DNA of 64,000 nt from Octopus bimaculoides (lineage: Eukaryota), in the NCBI RefSeq assembly GCF_001194135.2, contig NC_068995.1, forward strand, positions 19,449,260 through 19,513,259, written 5' to 3'. Below the pieces are notes generated by a model, which did not search any database, had not been told where the DNA came from, and saw nothing but the letters and a program-made list of their open reading frames with translations. A program made the translations under genes and the position numbers. Positions within the stretch are counted from its first letter, which is position 1; every line of letters starts with the position of its first letter. This document shows, piece after piece, positions 13,149-26,699 of this stretch.

Positions 13149-14180
13149 CTATAGAGGATCACCGAAGAATATTATAGAAACTTCCATAAGATACACTATT
13201 GTGGTATTCAAAATTTGTGAAGTCGAAGCTTCTTAAAAATGTATGAATTCTTTTACTCTTCTCTTTTGGCAAAATTACATTTTTCACTTACTTACAAATT
13301 TATTTATTGATATATCCCATATTTGCTGAATTATCCAGTTGTTTCAGACATGTCACAACAGAGCATTGGCCTCTGATGTTATTTTGTTAAGTTATAATAC
13401 ATTTTCTTTTTGTCACACACTCATTTGATATGACATCATATAATACACGACAATGATTCACGCAATAAAAGAGAAATTAGCTATAGCCTAGCGATATGAA
13501 TGGAGATCGTATGATATAATTTTGTAATGATCTTATTGTCTTCCTGGCAGTATGATATAGCATATATCATCACTTTGTCCTATCTTTTAGTGCAGTTCTC
13601 TATGTTTCAAGAATCTGGACCAAATATTTGGTCTGATAATAATTTCCATCTCCTATTCTCAAGACTGGGTCGGTTGAATAAGGAATACCGAAAACGAAAG
13701 GAAGTTTTTCAAAATAAACTTCATTCGCTAGTACCTCATTATATTTCTTTTTCATTTTTTTCTTTTAAACGCATATGTTTATTGATGACAATGGAGAATT
13801 AATGAATCATTTTAAGCAAAAGTGACTTTATACTTGATCCGAAACTATGTGTATTGGGACGAATGTAGTTATAGAATGATAGTCTAATTCCTGTAGTGTA
13901 CTATTTCTCCAAGCCTCAGCCTCGATTTGTTTTCACTACATCATAACTCTTTACACAATAAATACTTTCAGTTTTAATGTGTTGATCATTCAATGATAAA
14001 ACATGGATCCCTATTCATTTTAAAATGTTTGGATGTTAAGACTGTATAAATTGTACATAGGTAGGAATGAACAGCTAGTCCTTAGGATTGGGAATGTTCG
14101 AACGATATATTCTTCGTTATGCACCTCACTTCAAGAAATAAATAATTTTAGTGGAAGGAAATCGAATATATGATGTTAAA

Positions 14181-15000
14181 CAGGGGCCCAAATTCTTTTA
14201 ACACTCGTGCCAGATGCAAATCTCAGATTCTTTTAAGGAACCGCACCAAAATACGCAAAACACATTTCAAACAATGAAACGATTATTATATTTAGAGAGA
14301 AGACCGTAACGAAAATACTTAACCAAAAGAATTTGATGTAAAACTTGATTTTGCTTTCGACTTTTAACTAGTTTGTGAAAACGAGGCTGGAGGATGCTGT
14401 ACGCAAAAGCTGGTCGGTCAATCGGATGCAATATTTTCTTTTGATACCCACCAGTTTGCTGAAAATTGTTTCGCACTCTTAAGTTGAATGAAATACAGAG
14501 GCATTTTTTAGTACATTAACAAATCAAATGACGATATATGCCCTGTGAGATTTGACTCCAGAAGTCTCGTACCTCACTAGCTTTGAATGCTGATGTCTGC
14601 TCCACTTCTGATTGAAAATCCCGAGGCTTCGTTTGAAATTCGTGTGGATCGTTGGTCGCATCTATTTCCGAAGATGTTGAAAATATTTTCAACAAGGGCG
14701 AGGAATCCTTGATGTCCAAATCGGGTTCAAATTCATCAGTTATGTACTAATGATCCTGTTGTACATATTGTATGGCCCATTGTCCTTGCACTCAGAAAGT
14801 AAGCGGAAATGAATCGTAGTGTCACGTGCAATTTGCGTCTTCCAAAGGTGAAGCTTTGTAATGGAAGTAGACACTGTGCTGTGCAAATTCATGGCAGAGC
14901 TTTATCGTGTCGAAAGGTTTGCGGTTATATCAACCAAGAAACCGCTGCTGCTGATATGAAATATCTATCAACTGAGTTTGCAATAGAACGATCAGATTGG
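14181..15000 (-). mobile_element. Decayed hAT transposase C-terminus (Charlie/SPIN, GTF2IRD2/EPM2AIP1-like) with probable terminus
   Basis: Minus-strand translation: FLVDITANL...ITKLHLWKTQIARDTTIHF; IKDSSPLLKIFST..DPHEFQ...RDFWSQ; ECETIFSKLVGIKRKYCIRLTD. These follow the family motifs FLVDIT..KL.LW..Q, ELQ..FW and CEQ.FS.M...K.K.RSRLTD. Stops and frameshifts are present. caggggcccaaa at 14181 resembles a hAT end. Confidence 0.8.
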
Positions 15001-16161
15001 CAAAGCATTAAAAAAAATCTACATACACAGTAGGACATTTTTTTTTCATATCAGATAAATAATGGTGCACACGTTTAGGTTTGAACACATACATCTAGAT
15101 ATTGAAGTATAGTAGTTTCTCAGGAGATGTGGTTTCTTAGAAACATGAATACATACATACAAACATACCTCAATACGCACGCGCGCACACACGCACATAT
15201 ACACACGCAGTCAAACGTACACACGGACGTAATACTTAATTTCTAATATTTACTTAGCAGATAGTTTAATACTTACTTAACAGACAGTTGTCTTCCGAAT
15301 AATGTAAATAATATAAAAATAATTAAAATAGATTATGTTTTTAAATTCGTTCATAGTATATCACTTAATAACCATCTTACATATAAGATAAATATCGTGT
15401 ATATAACACTTTATATCCTCAATTTCGTTCTATAGTTAAAGCGTAATATTTATATACTGTATCACAATCATATCAGATTACTTCCTATCACTGTATCTTG
15501 ATCGTGATTATGAAGCTACGATTATGTGTAAAAGCTGGAAATACAGCATAACCATGTTACAAATGAAAAAAATAATGTAGTTAAAGAGAAATATTATTCA
15601 GTTTAATATAAATGATAGTTATAATGTAGTCTACGATATAAAATTAAGAGGAATTAATCACAGCTGCGATGCCTTCGAACACAGATAATGCCAATCAGGA
15701 AATAAAAACAGCTCAGTGTGAAAGCAATCAGTATGCAGTGCAATTTCTGGATGCGCTGGGTCGGCCATACCAATGGAAGTTACTTCACTTACAAGCGCCG
15801 TATCGAAATCGATTTTCTACGTAAATACACGGTTTCTGGGGCGTCATATGAATGCATATGCATAGCTTAGGCATACCAATATATTGACGAGAAGTACAGA
15901 GTTATTAGAAGAGGTAAGAAGATGCCTAGTCTCAGTCATTCCAAGTTTCTAGCGAAACTAGATTAGATTATTTACCATATTTCCGATAATCATGTGCAGT
16001 TCATTTAGCTCTAATTACAAATTCTGGGAGTTACCTTTCTTCTATCCTGAGTAGATCAAATAAATACAGACAATACATTCCAATCGATTTAATCAGCGTA
16101 AGACTGTTTTGTTCCAACGTTTTTCCAGAGCCGAAGAAAACAAAAACATCAGTAGCATATT

Positions 16162-16606
16162 CTTTTCTACTCTAGGCACAAGACTCGAAATTTGTAGGAA
16201 GGGGGCCAGTCGATTTGTTCAACCCAAGTACGCAAATGGTACTTTAATTTTCTACCCCGAAAGGATGAAAGGCAAAGTCGACCTCGGTTGAATTTGAACT
16301 CAGAACGTAACGGCAGACGGAATACCATTAAGCATTTCGTCCGGTGTGCTAACGTTTCTGCCAGCTCGCCGCCTTGCATCAATAGCATTTTCCTTTCTAT
16401 TCTAAGCACAAGGCCGAGATTTGGTGGTAAGGGTGCAGTCGATTAGAGCGACTCCAGTGAGCAACTGGTTTTTAAATTATTAATTTCAAAAGGATGAAAG
16501 GCAAAATCGACCTCGGCAGAACTTGAACTAAGAACGTAAAGGTGGACGAAATACCGCTAAGCATTTAGCCCATCGTGCTAACGTTTCTGCCAGCTCACCG
16601 CCTGAC
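16162..16606 (-). mobile_element. Two tandem SINE family B copies
   Basis: Copies at about 16162-16375 and 16392-16606, each with tactctaggcacaag...ggatgaaaggcaaa.tcgacctcgg...gcattt.g.cc..tgtgctaacgtttctgccagctc or close variants. Confidence 0.9.
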
Positions 16607-16845
16607 ACCAGAAGCATATTTTTATAATACTGGTGGTGACAAAGGAACCGTTATTGATTTTACATACAACATTGTATATATTTACATACAACATTGTATA
16701 TATTTCAGTGTCTTACTGAAATATATATTAATACAGCCCTTTGCAGCAATTAGTTTTGTTCCACCACCTTAATCAAATGGTATCAACTATAATTTTCCAT
16801 ATTACGCGGGTGCAAAAGTAGTCATCAATAATATTGTGCTGACCG

Positions 16846-17058
16846 AAGGCGGTGAGCTGGCAGAATCGTTAGTAAACCCAACTAAATATTTAGTAGCGTT
16901 TTGTCCGTTTTCATGTTCAAATTCCACCAAGGTCTATTTTGTCTTTCATTTTTTTAACGCTCAATAAAAAAGAGTACCAAATGAATACTGTAGTCGGTGT
17001 AGTAGACTTACCCTCTGAAATTGCTAGCTTTGTGCCAAAATTTGAAACCAATATTGCG
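16846..17058 (+). mobile_element. SINE family B copy
   Basis: gaaggcggtgagctggcagaatcgttag...gttcaaattccacc...ccttgtgcc-like tail ending tttgaaaccaatatt. Confidence 0.8.
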
Positions 17059-17852
17059 GTGAGGGTATTTAATCTAAAGCTATTAAATGGTCACCAAAGC
17101 ATCATTGAATATTATTATCTCTTCAATGTTACACTTCAAGAAATATTAAATTGAATGGATTTACCATCACCAAATTTATTCTCAGGAAGATCTTTTCACA
17201 ATATTTTCAGTCAAGAAATGACATATATATTGTTTCTAATAGTGCCGATGATGCTGTTTATCCTCAGATATTTTGCTCACAATTACGATTAAAATATGCA
17301 AGAACTTGTTTATCTTGTAAATAACGTTTTCCACTGCAAGCTGTAGTAGATTGAGTAACCCCACTATAAACGCCTGGAATACAGGGCATATACGAATGAA
17401 TAGCTAGTTTTGCATTTTTAGCCTTAAAATACGAAAGGAGCCAAGCTGCATTTTATCAATACTACAAGGGCCGAGTAACTTCCCATGGGTAATTAGAGAA
17501 TTTTACATTATAATATAAATCAAAATAAAAGTATGAGGAAATATTTTTTTTAAATATTAAAAAAAAATACGTAAAAGCTTATAAAATAATATAAAAAAAT
17601 CTGCAGTTTGGACACAAATAATAGAAAAAAATTTCTTGCAGAGGTTATAGTGAACTCAAGAACGTTATTCAGAACGTACATCCGAAGAAGAAAATGTAGA
17701 GAGAAGAAAAATAATGAAGACGTAAGTCATTATGATGAAAAGAACGTCACAATTAACTGTTCATTCATTTACTCAGTTGCTGATGTGATTCAGAAAGTAT
17801 ATATTCCTTATTTTACGGAGCCTCCCACTTGGTCTTAATATAAGTAACTTGG

Positions 17853-18066
17853 AAGGAGGTGAGTCAGCAGAATCGTTAACACGCCAGTGTTAAACGCTTA
17901 GCGGCATTTCGTCCGTCTTTACGTTCTGAGTTCAAATCTCACTTAAGTCGGCTTTGCCTTCATCCTTTTGGAGCAATAAAATAAGTACTAGTCGAACACT
18001 AGGGTCGATAAAATTGACTTACCTCATCCTACGGATTGCTGGCCTTGTGCTAAAATTTGAAACGAA
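17853..18066 (+). mobile_element. SINE family B copy
   Basis: aggaggtgagtcagcagaatcgttaac...cgttctgagttcaaat...tttgccttcatcc...gctggccttgtgctaaaatttgaaac. Confidence 0.85.
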
Positions 18067-18297
18067 TATACGTTGATTGGAGACACAAAAACCTTGAATA
18101 TAATGGTTAAAACTCATATATGTATGGTAGAAGGGAAGTTTAATTAACACTGGTTCATCTATAGACGTACAAAAGCAAAATTGAACTGTTCTCAATATTA
18201 AATAATGAGGGTTATATAAAACAAGAGGATTATAAAATGCGAATTGTGTACACCTAGGAAAATCCAAGACAAAAATCTCCTTACCAATGCTGCAAAC

Positions 18298-18557
18298 CAG
18301 TAGTTCCCTTCTTTTTTTTTTCTTTTTGCCTATGAAAGCCCTTTGATTCCTGTTTTTCTCTACTGGACCCCCATAACAATTTGCTGTAAATATAAAAATA
18401 ATTCTTACTGTATATGAATAGTTAAATATTATTAGGAATTGTATAAAAACATTTTTAATATTTTGTGTATTGTAGAAGTATAATCATATAAGATTTTTAA
18501 CAACAAAATTTTGTATGGAAGCCCAAATGCCATATTGATCCCAGCTGAGAACCACTG
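18298..18557. mobile_element. Non-autonomous hAT-type MITE
   Basis: Termini cagtagttccc and gagaaccactg. Internal ttaacaacaaaat...tatgg matches the reverse complement of the 12904 copy. Confidence 0.75.
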
Positions 18558-20924
18558 TTATAAACCATGACCACAAACAATTAGTAACTACCGTTTCATA
18601 AATACTTTTTTTTAAATTCTGGAACATCTTAACGTTATTCGATTAAACGGACGATGTGTTTTTTTGTTTTTTTTTCTGTCAGAGCCGTTCTCGATTCTAA
18701 AACGCTCACACCTGGTATATTTTACAAAAGAAAACACAGCCTTAACTCACTTTAATTTTCTTTATTTTCTCAATAACTCACGTTTATATACACATTGTAG
18801 CTTTATTTGACTATATTTTGCTATGAATTATACGCAGAAACCTATATTTTTCTGCTCTCTATTTCCCGCATTTAGTAATGTTTTTATATATAGTTCTATT
18901 TGTGCATATGCTTCTTCTTTTATACTTCCTCTAGCAGCACAACGGAAATGACTAACCACCAAGATTATGTATAGAATGTAAATTCTGTCTCTTACGGTGT
19001 ATTTAACCCAAATTGCAATACTAAGGTCTTCTTTCATAACTATTGTTCCTCCAAGATAACGGTAAGGTTATTTTCATCGCCTAATAATGAGACTTATACA
19101 AGCTATGGCACGAAGTAGTAATGTGCTCATCTACAATGTATATGATATGCACATTACACTCTGCATTTGCATTGAGCACTTTGATTCGTTCGTGAAATCG
19201 CCTATTACTCATTAAGTATGTATGTATGTATATGTGTATGTATGTGCGTAACTATATGTGTGTGTGTGTTTACAGACAAATACACATACAATGACATGTA
19301 CACATTCAGATATATATACATTATATACATATATGTGTGTGTGTCTTTGTGTGTGATTGTGTTTGTACGTGTATATGTAATATATATATAGATATAGATA
19401 TATGTGTGTACGTACGTACACGTGTATGTATGTATGTATGTATGTACGTATGTATGTATGTATGTATGTATGTATGTATATATGTATGTATGTGTGGAGT
19501 CGACATCAGAAATCAATGTTTAATAACATCCGAATCATCTTACAACGAATCGCATGTAACTATAGCAACACTAGTAATTATATTAATGGAAGTATATAAG
19601 TTGTAAAACAGCTGCACCGCTGAACAGTAACATGGTCTTATATGATAAATGGGTTCTTTAAATATATATTGTACTTATATATGTTTGCGTATATGTGTAT
19701 GTAGAAGGGTGTAAGAGTTTGGTCATAAATATTGATAGNNNNNNNNNNNNNNNNNNNNNNNNNNNNNNNNNNNNNNNNNNNNNNNNNNNNNNNNNNNNNN
19801 NNNNNNNNNNNNNNNNNNNNNNNNNNNNNNNNNNNNNNNNNNNNNNNNNNNNNNNNNNNNNNNNNNNNNNNNNNNNNNNNNNNNNNNNNNNNNNNNNNNN
19901 NNNNNNNNNNNNNNNNNNNNNNNNNNNNNNNNNNNNNNNNNNNNNNNNNNNNNNNNNNNNNNNNNNNNNNNNNNNNNNNNNNNNNNNNNNNNNNNNNNNN
20001 NNNNNNNNNNNNNNNNNNNNNNNNNNNNNNNNNNNNNNNNNNNNNNNNNNNNNNNNNNNNNNNNNNNNNNNNNNNNNNNNNNNNNNNNNNNNNNNNNNNN
20101 NNNNNNNNNNNNNNNNNNNNNNNNNNNNNNNNNNNNNNNNNNNATATATATATATATATATATATACACTCACGCAGACATAGCATTACAGACAAGCCAA
20201 GATTAGGATACATATACTAGAAATGGTATGCAATACACACACGCACGCACGCACACATACTAATACACACGCGTTCACAAATACGCATGCGCACACACTT
20301 CACAAGGATATACGGCAGATATATATAATGTGGTGAGAGACACTGAGAGAAAGAGAGAGAGAGAGCTAGGGTGGTATATTTTATTGCTGTAAATACTGTA
20401 AACACACGCATAGAATCAGGTTCGCACTTAAGCACATACATACACACATAGAAACCACCTGATTATTCACCCTGTTGATGATACTCAGAGAATCTAAATA
20501 CATCAGTCCTCTTCATTCCAACGGTGTTTGTAAGACTAAATGTGGCATGTGGTAACTAATAGTAACTGATATAGTGATATTTTCTTAAAAGTTTAAATTC
20601 AGCCCTTTCATTTTCTAATCAAGGCCCCCACACACACACAAATACGCGAGTGCGGGCGCGCACATACACACAGACAAACACACATACTCACGGAGACACA
20701 CACGCATTCACATCTAGAAAGGAGAATAGTTAGATAGTTAGATACGTTTATACAAACTATAGACAGATAGACACGTGTTCAATAGATATATATATATATG
20801 TGTGTGATATGTATATGTACGTATGCACACATGTAAATATAATTATATTTATACACGTATGAATATGTATATATATATATGTGCGTGTGTGCAGGGGGGG
20901 GGCGTATAAATATGTTTATTGTCT

Positions 20925-21150
20925 TATTATTTTATTCTTTTACTTGTATCAGTCATTTAACTGCGGCCATGCTGGATCACCGCCTTTAGTCGAACACATC
21001 GACCCCAGGACTTATTCTTTGTAAGCCTAGTGCTTAATCTATCGGTCACTTTTTGCCAAACCGCTACCTGACTGGGACGTACACACACCAACATCGGATG
21101 TCAAGCGAGGATAGGGCGGGGTGGGGATGGAGTCAAGTCAAACACAAACA
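20925..21150 (-). mobile_element. SINE family A, 3' half
   Basis: tacttgtatcagtcatttaactgcggccatgctgga..accgcctttagtcga...gacttattctttgtaagcctag; runs into (TA)n and a gap. Confidence 0.85.
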
Positions 21151-21161
21151 GAAATAACAAA

Positions 21162-21193
<32 letters not shown>

Positions 21194-21479
21194 NNNNNNN
21201 NNNNNNNNNNNNNNNNNNNNNNNNNNNNNNNNNNNNNNNNNNNNNNNNNNNNNNNNNNNNNNNNNNNNNNNNNNNNNNNNNNNNNNNNNNNNNNNNNNNN
21301 NNNNNNNNNNNNNNNNNNNNNNNNNNNNNNNNNNNNNNNNNNNNNNNNNNNNNNNNNNNNNNNNNNNNNNNNNNNNNNNNNNNNNNNNNNNNNNNNNNNN
21401 NNNNNNNNNNNNNNNNNNNNNNNNNNNNNNNNNNNNNNNNNNNNNNNNNNNNNNNNNNNNNNNNNNNNNNNNNNNNNNN

Positions 21480-21542
<63 letters not shown>

Positions 21543-23501
21543 TGTCATTTTGTATGATTTTTGTTCAGTATATCTCTGAAGATTGTTCTAAAACATTTCC
21601 TTTCACATAGTATATTTAGCATCACATGACACTGAATTTTCTTCGTGTATTCTTTTATTCTTTTGATGTTGCCATTCAATAGATTGCATCCATTCTGACT
21701 AAGTCACCTTTAGAGTTCTTATGTTGACAAACGAACAATTTCACGTAATTACTTTACCGACGTTGCAAAAGACGAAAGGAAAACCAATTTTGACATTAAA
21801 GGGGCATAACTCATACAACGACAAATTACAAAAGATTTTAGAATGTTGGATGAAACAATTAGTGATAATTATGAAGTCAGTTTTACCTTTGATTCTACCA
21901 AGTCGTGATAGTGGATTATTTTTGGGTACCCTTAGCAAGGCAGTCTACTCTTGTAATACTCGGACCGGTTACTCTTTTACTTGTTTTAGTCATTTGAGGA
22001 TTATGAATATATATATATATATTACTAATTTAGAGAAGAACCACGATGGTGCAACTCACACTTACGTAGAGACGTATAATAAGTTCACCGTAATACTACC
22101 TTCCTTCATTTGTTCTCATTATTAGGTATTGTATATCTTACGTACCCTGAATTACTTTTACATGTTACGTCCCATCACATAATTTACTATTTTTTCTTCT
22201 ACTCATTTACATAACAGCATAATATTGTTTGGTTTCAGGCCTTTGCACTTACCTAATCAATATTTCTTCTTAGTTTTTCTTCCCTCTTCTCCTTCCACGC
22301 CATGTTGTCTCGTGTCTCACGTATTTTAGTTCCACACGTTAGTTTTGGTATTTGCGATCGCGTTGGGCGCCATTTTGTCACGTGATACACATCGTATATA
22401 TTTCTTTGCCTATGGGTAATACCGCAGTCAGCTAACAATCTTCGTTAGGTTAAGGGTTGTTGCTATTTTTCCTAATAATCTTGAATGTCTTTTTCCCTTT
22501 TCTAGCTAATCACACTTTCGTTATATATGTTTTCTTTTCCTTATCTTCAGATATCATTTCTCCAATTGACGTTCTATGCCTTCAACTTGACAGATATTTA
22601 TTGTTATTTGATGTGTGTTATTATAAAATCTTGACAATTTCCTTTGTACTAAATGTTGCTTAAAAGGGCAGATTTTTATACTTTTCTTTTTTTATGGATT
22701 TTTGAATATTAGGATGTCTTTTGAAGTTACTTCACCTGAAGAGTGTCCTCATTATGAGTGGTATTTATCTTGATCGATTCATTGTAGATTGGCCAGATAT
22801 TTCCCACTGTTATGTGACCATGAAACGCGCGTAGACTTTCTTCCACTTAGTCCAATATTTCATAGATTTTATGTATTACAAATTTTCCCTTGAATTAAAA
22901 AGATTTTAGACTAGTATTTTGTATAGTACGCTTTTCTTGATGGTGTCTGATCTCCTTCATCGTGTGTTTTACACCATGGTGGTTCTTCTCTAAATTATAA
23001 AAATATTTTTCATTAAAATATTTTTTAGTTAATTTTATATTATCAAATTTTAATTCGTTGTAAGTACGCATTTTTCAATTATCCTAACATTATGATATAT
23101 ATATATATATATATATATANNNNNNNNNNNNNNNNNNNNNNNNNNNNNNNNNNNNNNNNNNNNNNNNNNNNNNNNNNNNNNNNNNNNNNNNNNNNNNNNN
23201 NNNNNNNNNNNNNNNNNNNNNNNNNNNNNNNNNNNNNNNNNNNNNNNNNNNNNNNNNNNNNNNNNNNNNNNNNNNNNNNNNNNNNNNNNNNNNNNNNNNN
23301 NNNNNNNNNNNNNNNNNNNNNNNNNNNNNNNNNNNNNNNNNNNNNNNNNNNNNNNNNNNNNNNNNNNNNNNNNNNNNNNNNNNNNNNNNNNNNNNNNNNN
23401 NNNNNNNNNNNNNNNNNNNNNNNNNNNNNNNNNNNNNNNNNNNNNNNNNNNNNNNNNNNNNNNNNNNNNNNNNNNNNNNNNNNNNNNNNNNNNNNNNNNN
23501 N

Positions 23502-23533
<32 letters not shown>

Positions 23534-24919
23534 TATGTGTATATATATCTGTACCCATACACACACGCACACACATAAACACACACGTAACTATGACGTT
23601 TAAACATCGTATGTTTGCAAATTGCACACACTCTGCATTACATTTTCCGATTCCATTTGGAATTGACAGTATCTTCACAGGTTGGAATGTTTGGGGTGTT
23701 TGTGTGTAATTTTCGCTTTCTGATGGCAAAATCTGCATTGGTTCTCCTGCTTGACAGTATCACCTGCTAACTTGGCACTGTATACGATTAACGTGGCCGG
23801 ATTTGACAGCAAATAGTAGAGAGACATACCATTTAATTCGGATTTTTATAATGTTTTAGTATAATAGTTTTATGTCTACCAGAATAAATAGAACTCTCAA
23901 TGACACACGATAATGTCTATGATACGGCGGCGCTTGAGTGTTGTCTCGATAGTTTTATTGTTAGAATACAAATTATGATACATTGTATCAAATGGGCATT
24001 GATACCAAGTCTACTTCTTATTGCACGATATTCCCAACATGCGTTCACGGCCGTATTTCAACCCAGGTCACCTGAGTGATAATCTGGCCTTCCTTCACAA
24101 ACATTTTACACTCACAGTATGTCATCCAACACATCATACCCCCATCTGGTATCTCTTTATCCCATTAATACATCGGATTCTGTTTTGTTGAACTGTAGAA
24201 TTTCGTATTACAACCGACAAAATCTTTCTGAATCATGCAATTATCTTCTTTCGTTGACTAATAACGTATCTCTTTTCCTCGTTTATTCGGTTTCTCATTT
24301 CCAGAGACTTTGCATGCATCCTTTTTGCCCATCACTTAGAACTCTCTAAAAACCTCTTTTTGCTAACAAAGTTCCCTGCAGTTATTTTTTCCTATAGAGT
24401 TCACTAGAAACATCACCTTCTATTCAGCGCGGTAGTGCAGGATAAGGGCGGCCGTTCAGTGTGAACGTTGTTTATCTCAGTACCCCAACCTATCTGGTCT
24501 TTTTTTAATCACTATGCGCAGTTGTGTATTAATATTTGTATTCTCATTGTTTCTTCGATTTCTGTCGTCATTCATTGATTCATTAGATTTGCTGCTGATT
24601 TCAGTCACAATAATGTGACCATACTGCAGCATCGTGTATATTATTTTTGAAATGTCATGTGAATTAAAACTATATTGATTTTTTTTTTTTTTTTGCCACA
24701 GTACAGTGAATATACTTCATAGCATGACAAAATTATTTGAATTAACAGTTATTATCATATCTAATTTATTGAAGCTGAAACATGAAAGTTTGTTGGTTCC
24801 AAATGTATTTTAGATTAGAATAAAAAGACATAAAGAGACGGGGATTCGCAAAAACGAGAGATAGACATAGAGAAAAAGTTAAATATGAAACGATAGAAAG
24901 TGTGAAATACAATCAATAA

Positions 24920-25370
24920 GTACCAGTTGAGTACTGGGTCGATGTAACTGACCATTCTCATCCCCCAAATTTCAGCCCTTGTGCCTATAGTAGTAAAGAT
25001 AATTAATATTATTTGTGAAGGCGGTGAGCTGACAGAATCGTTATCACACCAGTATTTCGCCCATTCTGAGTTCAAATTCCATTAACTTTGCCTTTCATCA
25101 TTTCGGGGCTGATAAAAGTACCATCTCAGTTGATATAATTATAAGCTGAGTACTGGGATCGATGTAATGAAATATCCCTCTCACTCAAATTTCAGGCCTT
25201 GTGCCTATTGCAGAAAGTATTATTAATATTATTTGTCAGTCGGTGAGCTGACAGAATCTCTAGAACACCGGACAAAAGACTTACGACATTTCGTCCGTCT
25301 CTATGTCAAGGCGGTGAGCAGGTATAATCGTTAGCACACCGGGCAAAATGCTTAGCTACTTTTCGCCTTG
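24920..25370 (+). mobile_element. Cluster of truncated SINE family B pieces
   Basis: Alternating tail modules (gagtactggg.tcgatgtaa...aaatttcag.ccttgtgccta) and head modules (ggcggtgagctgacagaatc). Confidence 0.75.
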
Positions 25371-26208
25371 AACCATAATTTTAAACCATTGTGAATAATA
25401 TCTGTATTATATTGATTATTATTTGACAGCTGAAATATCGACTGACATATGTTCATATAACCATTAGCTGTACTCATCATACAATGCCCTATTTATCCTG
25501 ACTAAATTAAAACATAAAAACACAGAGGCATCTGATATTTTTTTGTCCTTGCGACCATTGTGAGGTACCGTCTTGGAAAATGTCAGTGAAAAGAATCGGC
25601 CCCAGTACTTATTTTTGTTTTTAAAAGATACTGCATGTTCTATCGGTCTCTTCTCCGATAGAATAAGCACGAACACAATTTGTCAAGAGATGTTGAGGAA
25701 CAAAACAGACGCATAGACGCTCACACATGCATACATACACAAACACGCGCGCTCGCACATATACCGTCAGTAAATATTAAATCCGAAAGAGAAGCGCGCT
25801 CTGAGTTATAGAGCAGTAGAGTAATTAGTTAGATAAAGATAGTTGTAACCGGTCTATGGGGTTGCCCTGGGTTTCCCATCCACAGAGCACTTAGCCTTAC
25901 ACCACCTCTTCAAATCCTAATGGCTGGTGTCCAATAACCTCTCTTCAAACTGGAGAAAGAAAATACCTCCTGGCTAGTTGTCGAAAACATGGACGAAGGA
26001 GAAGAGTTAAGCGCAAGGGAATGTCTCCCTTAGACCGCTATTAGTAATCAACCACGTTGGCTTGTAGATCCCAAGACTTCAACAGGAATCTCCTGAAGCT
26101 TATGCAGATTCCATCCAGGAATTTAAGATGTTATCCGAGTTCTTTAATATTCTCGTCCGTTCAGTTGTGCACAGCTTGCAACGCTTGCTCCCGTTGGTGT
26201 AGAGCTCG

Positions 26209-26520
26209 AGTATTAATGAAAATGACTTGTGGAAGGAGATTTTTAGACTTCATTAGTCTATTATGACATACGCTTCAGCGTCCCACATGTTCATTTGTGA
26301 TGACACATTTGCATCCGTAGGATACTATTAAATATTATTTACTGTATCTATGAATCTTCGGTATATATATATAGCGTAGAGACATGCACAAAAGTCATAG
26401 ATGTTAGAAATGACATTTCATAATATCCTACGGATGTGAAAATATCAGTACAAATGAACAGATCTAAAAATATCTGAATGGTCTAAAAATGTCCATCCAC
26501 AAGTCATTTTCGCTATTACT
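26209..26520. mobile_element. Foldback/MITE-like element with long imperfect inverted arms
   Basis: gaaaatgacttgtggaaggagatttttagac (26218-26248) is inverted at 26481-26511. Inner tgttcatttgt..catccgtaggata.tat is also inverted (about 26290-26340 vs 26405-26461). Confidence 0.7.
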
Positions 26521-26699
26521 GAATTTATCATACGCTGTAAAGAGTTCCGCATATATAACAATCCCATAGGATTTACTCTACTCTGGAAGACAGAAATAAC
26601 AAGAAGCATAGGATCTTTTACGAGTGCACTCAGAGACATTTGCCCTAAAAGTATATATATAGAAAGAAGGGGTGCATTTCAAAGCAGGAAAAAGTATAG

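Noticed and set aside
21721-22125. 134-aa plus-strand ORF
   Set aside because: It runs through a SINE-A scrap and a (TA)n tract, with no recognisable domain.
24050-24350. Possible RTE 3' remnant on the minus strand (NVCEGRP)
   Set aside because: Only one short motif resembles the family; insufficient.
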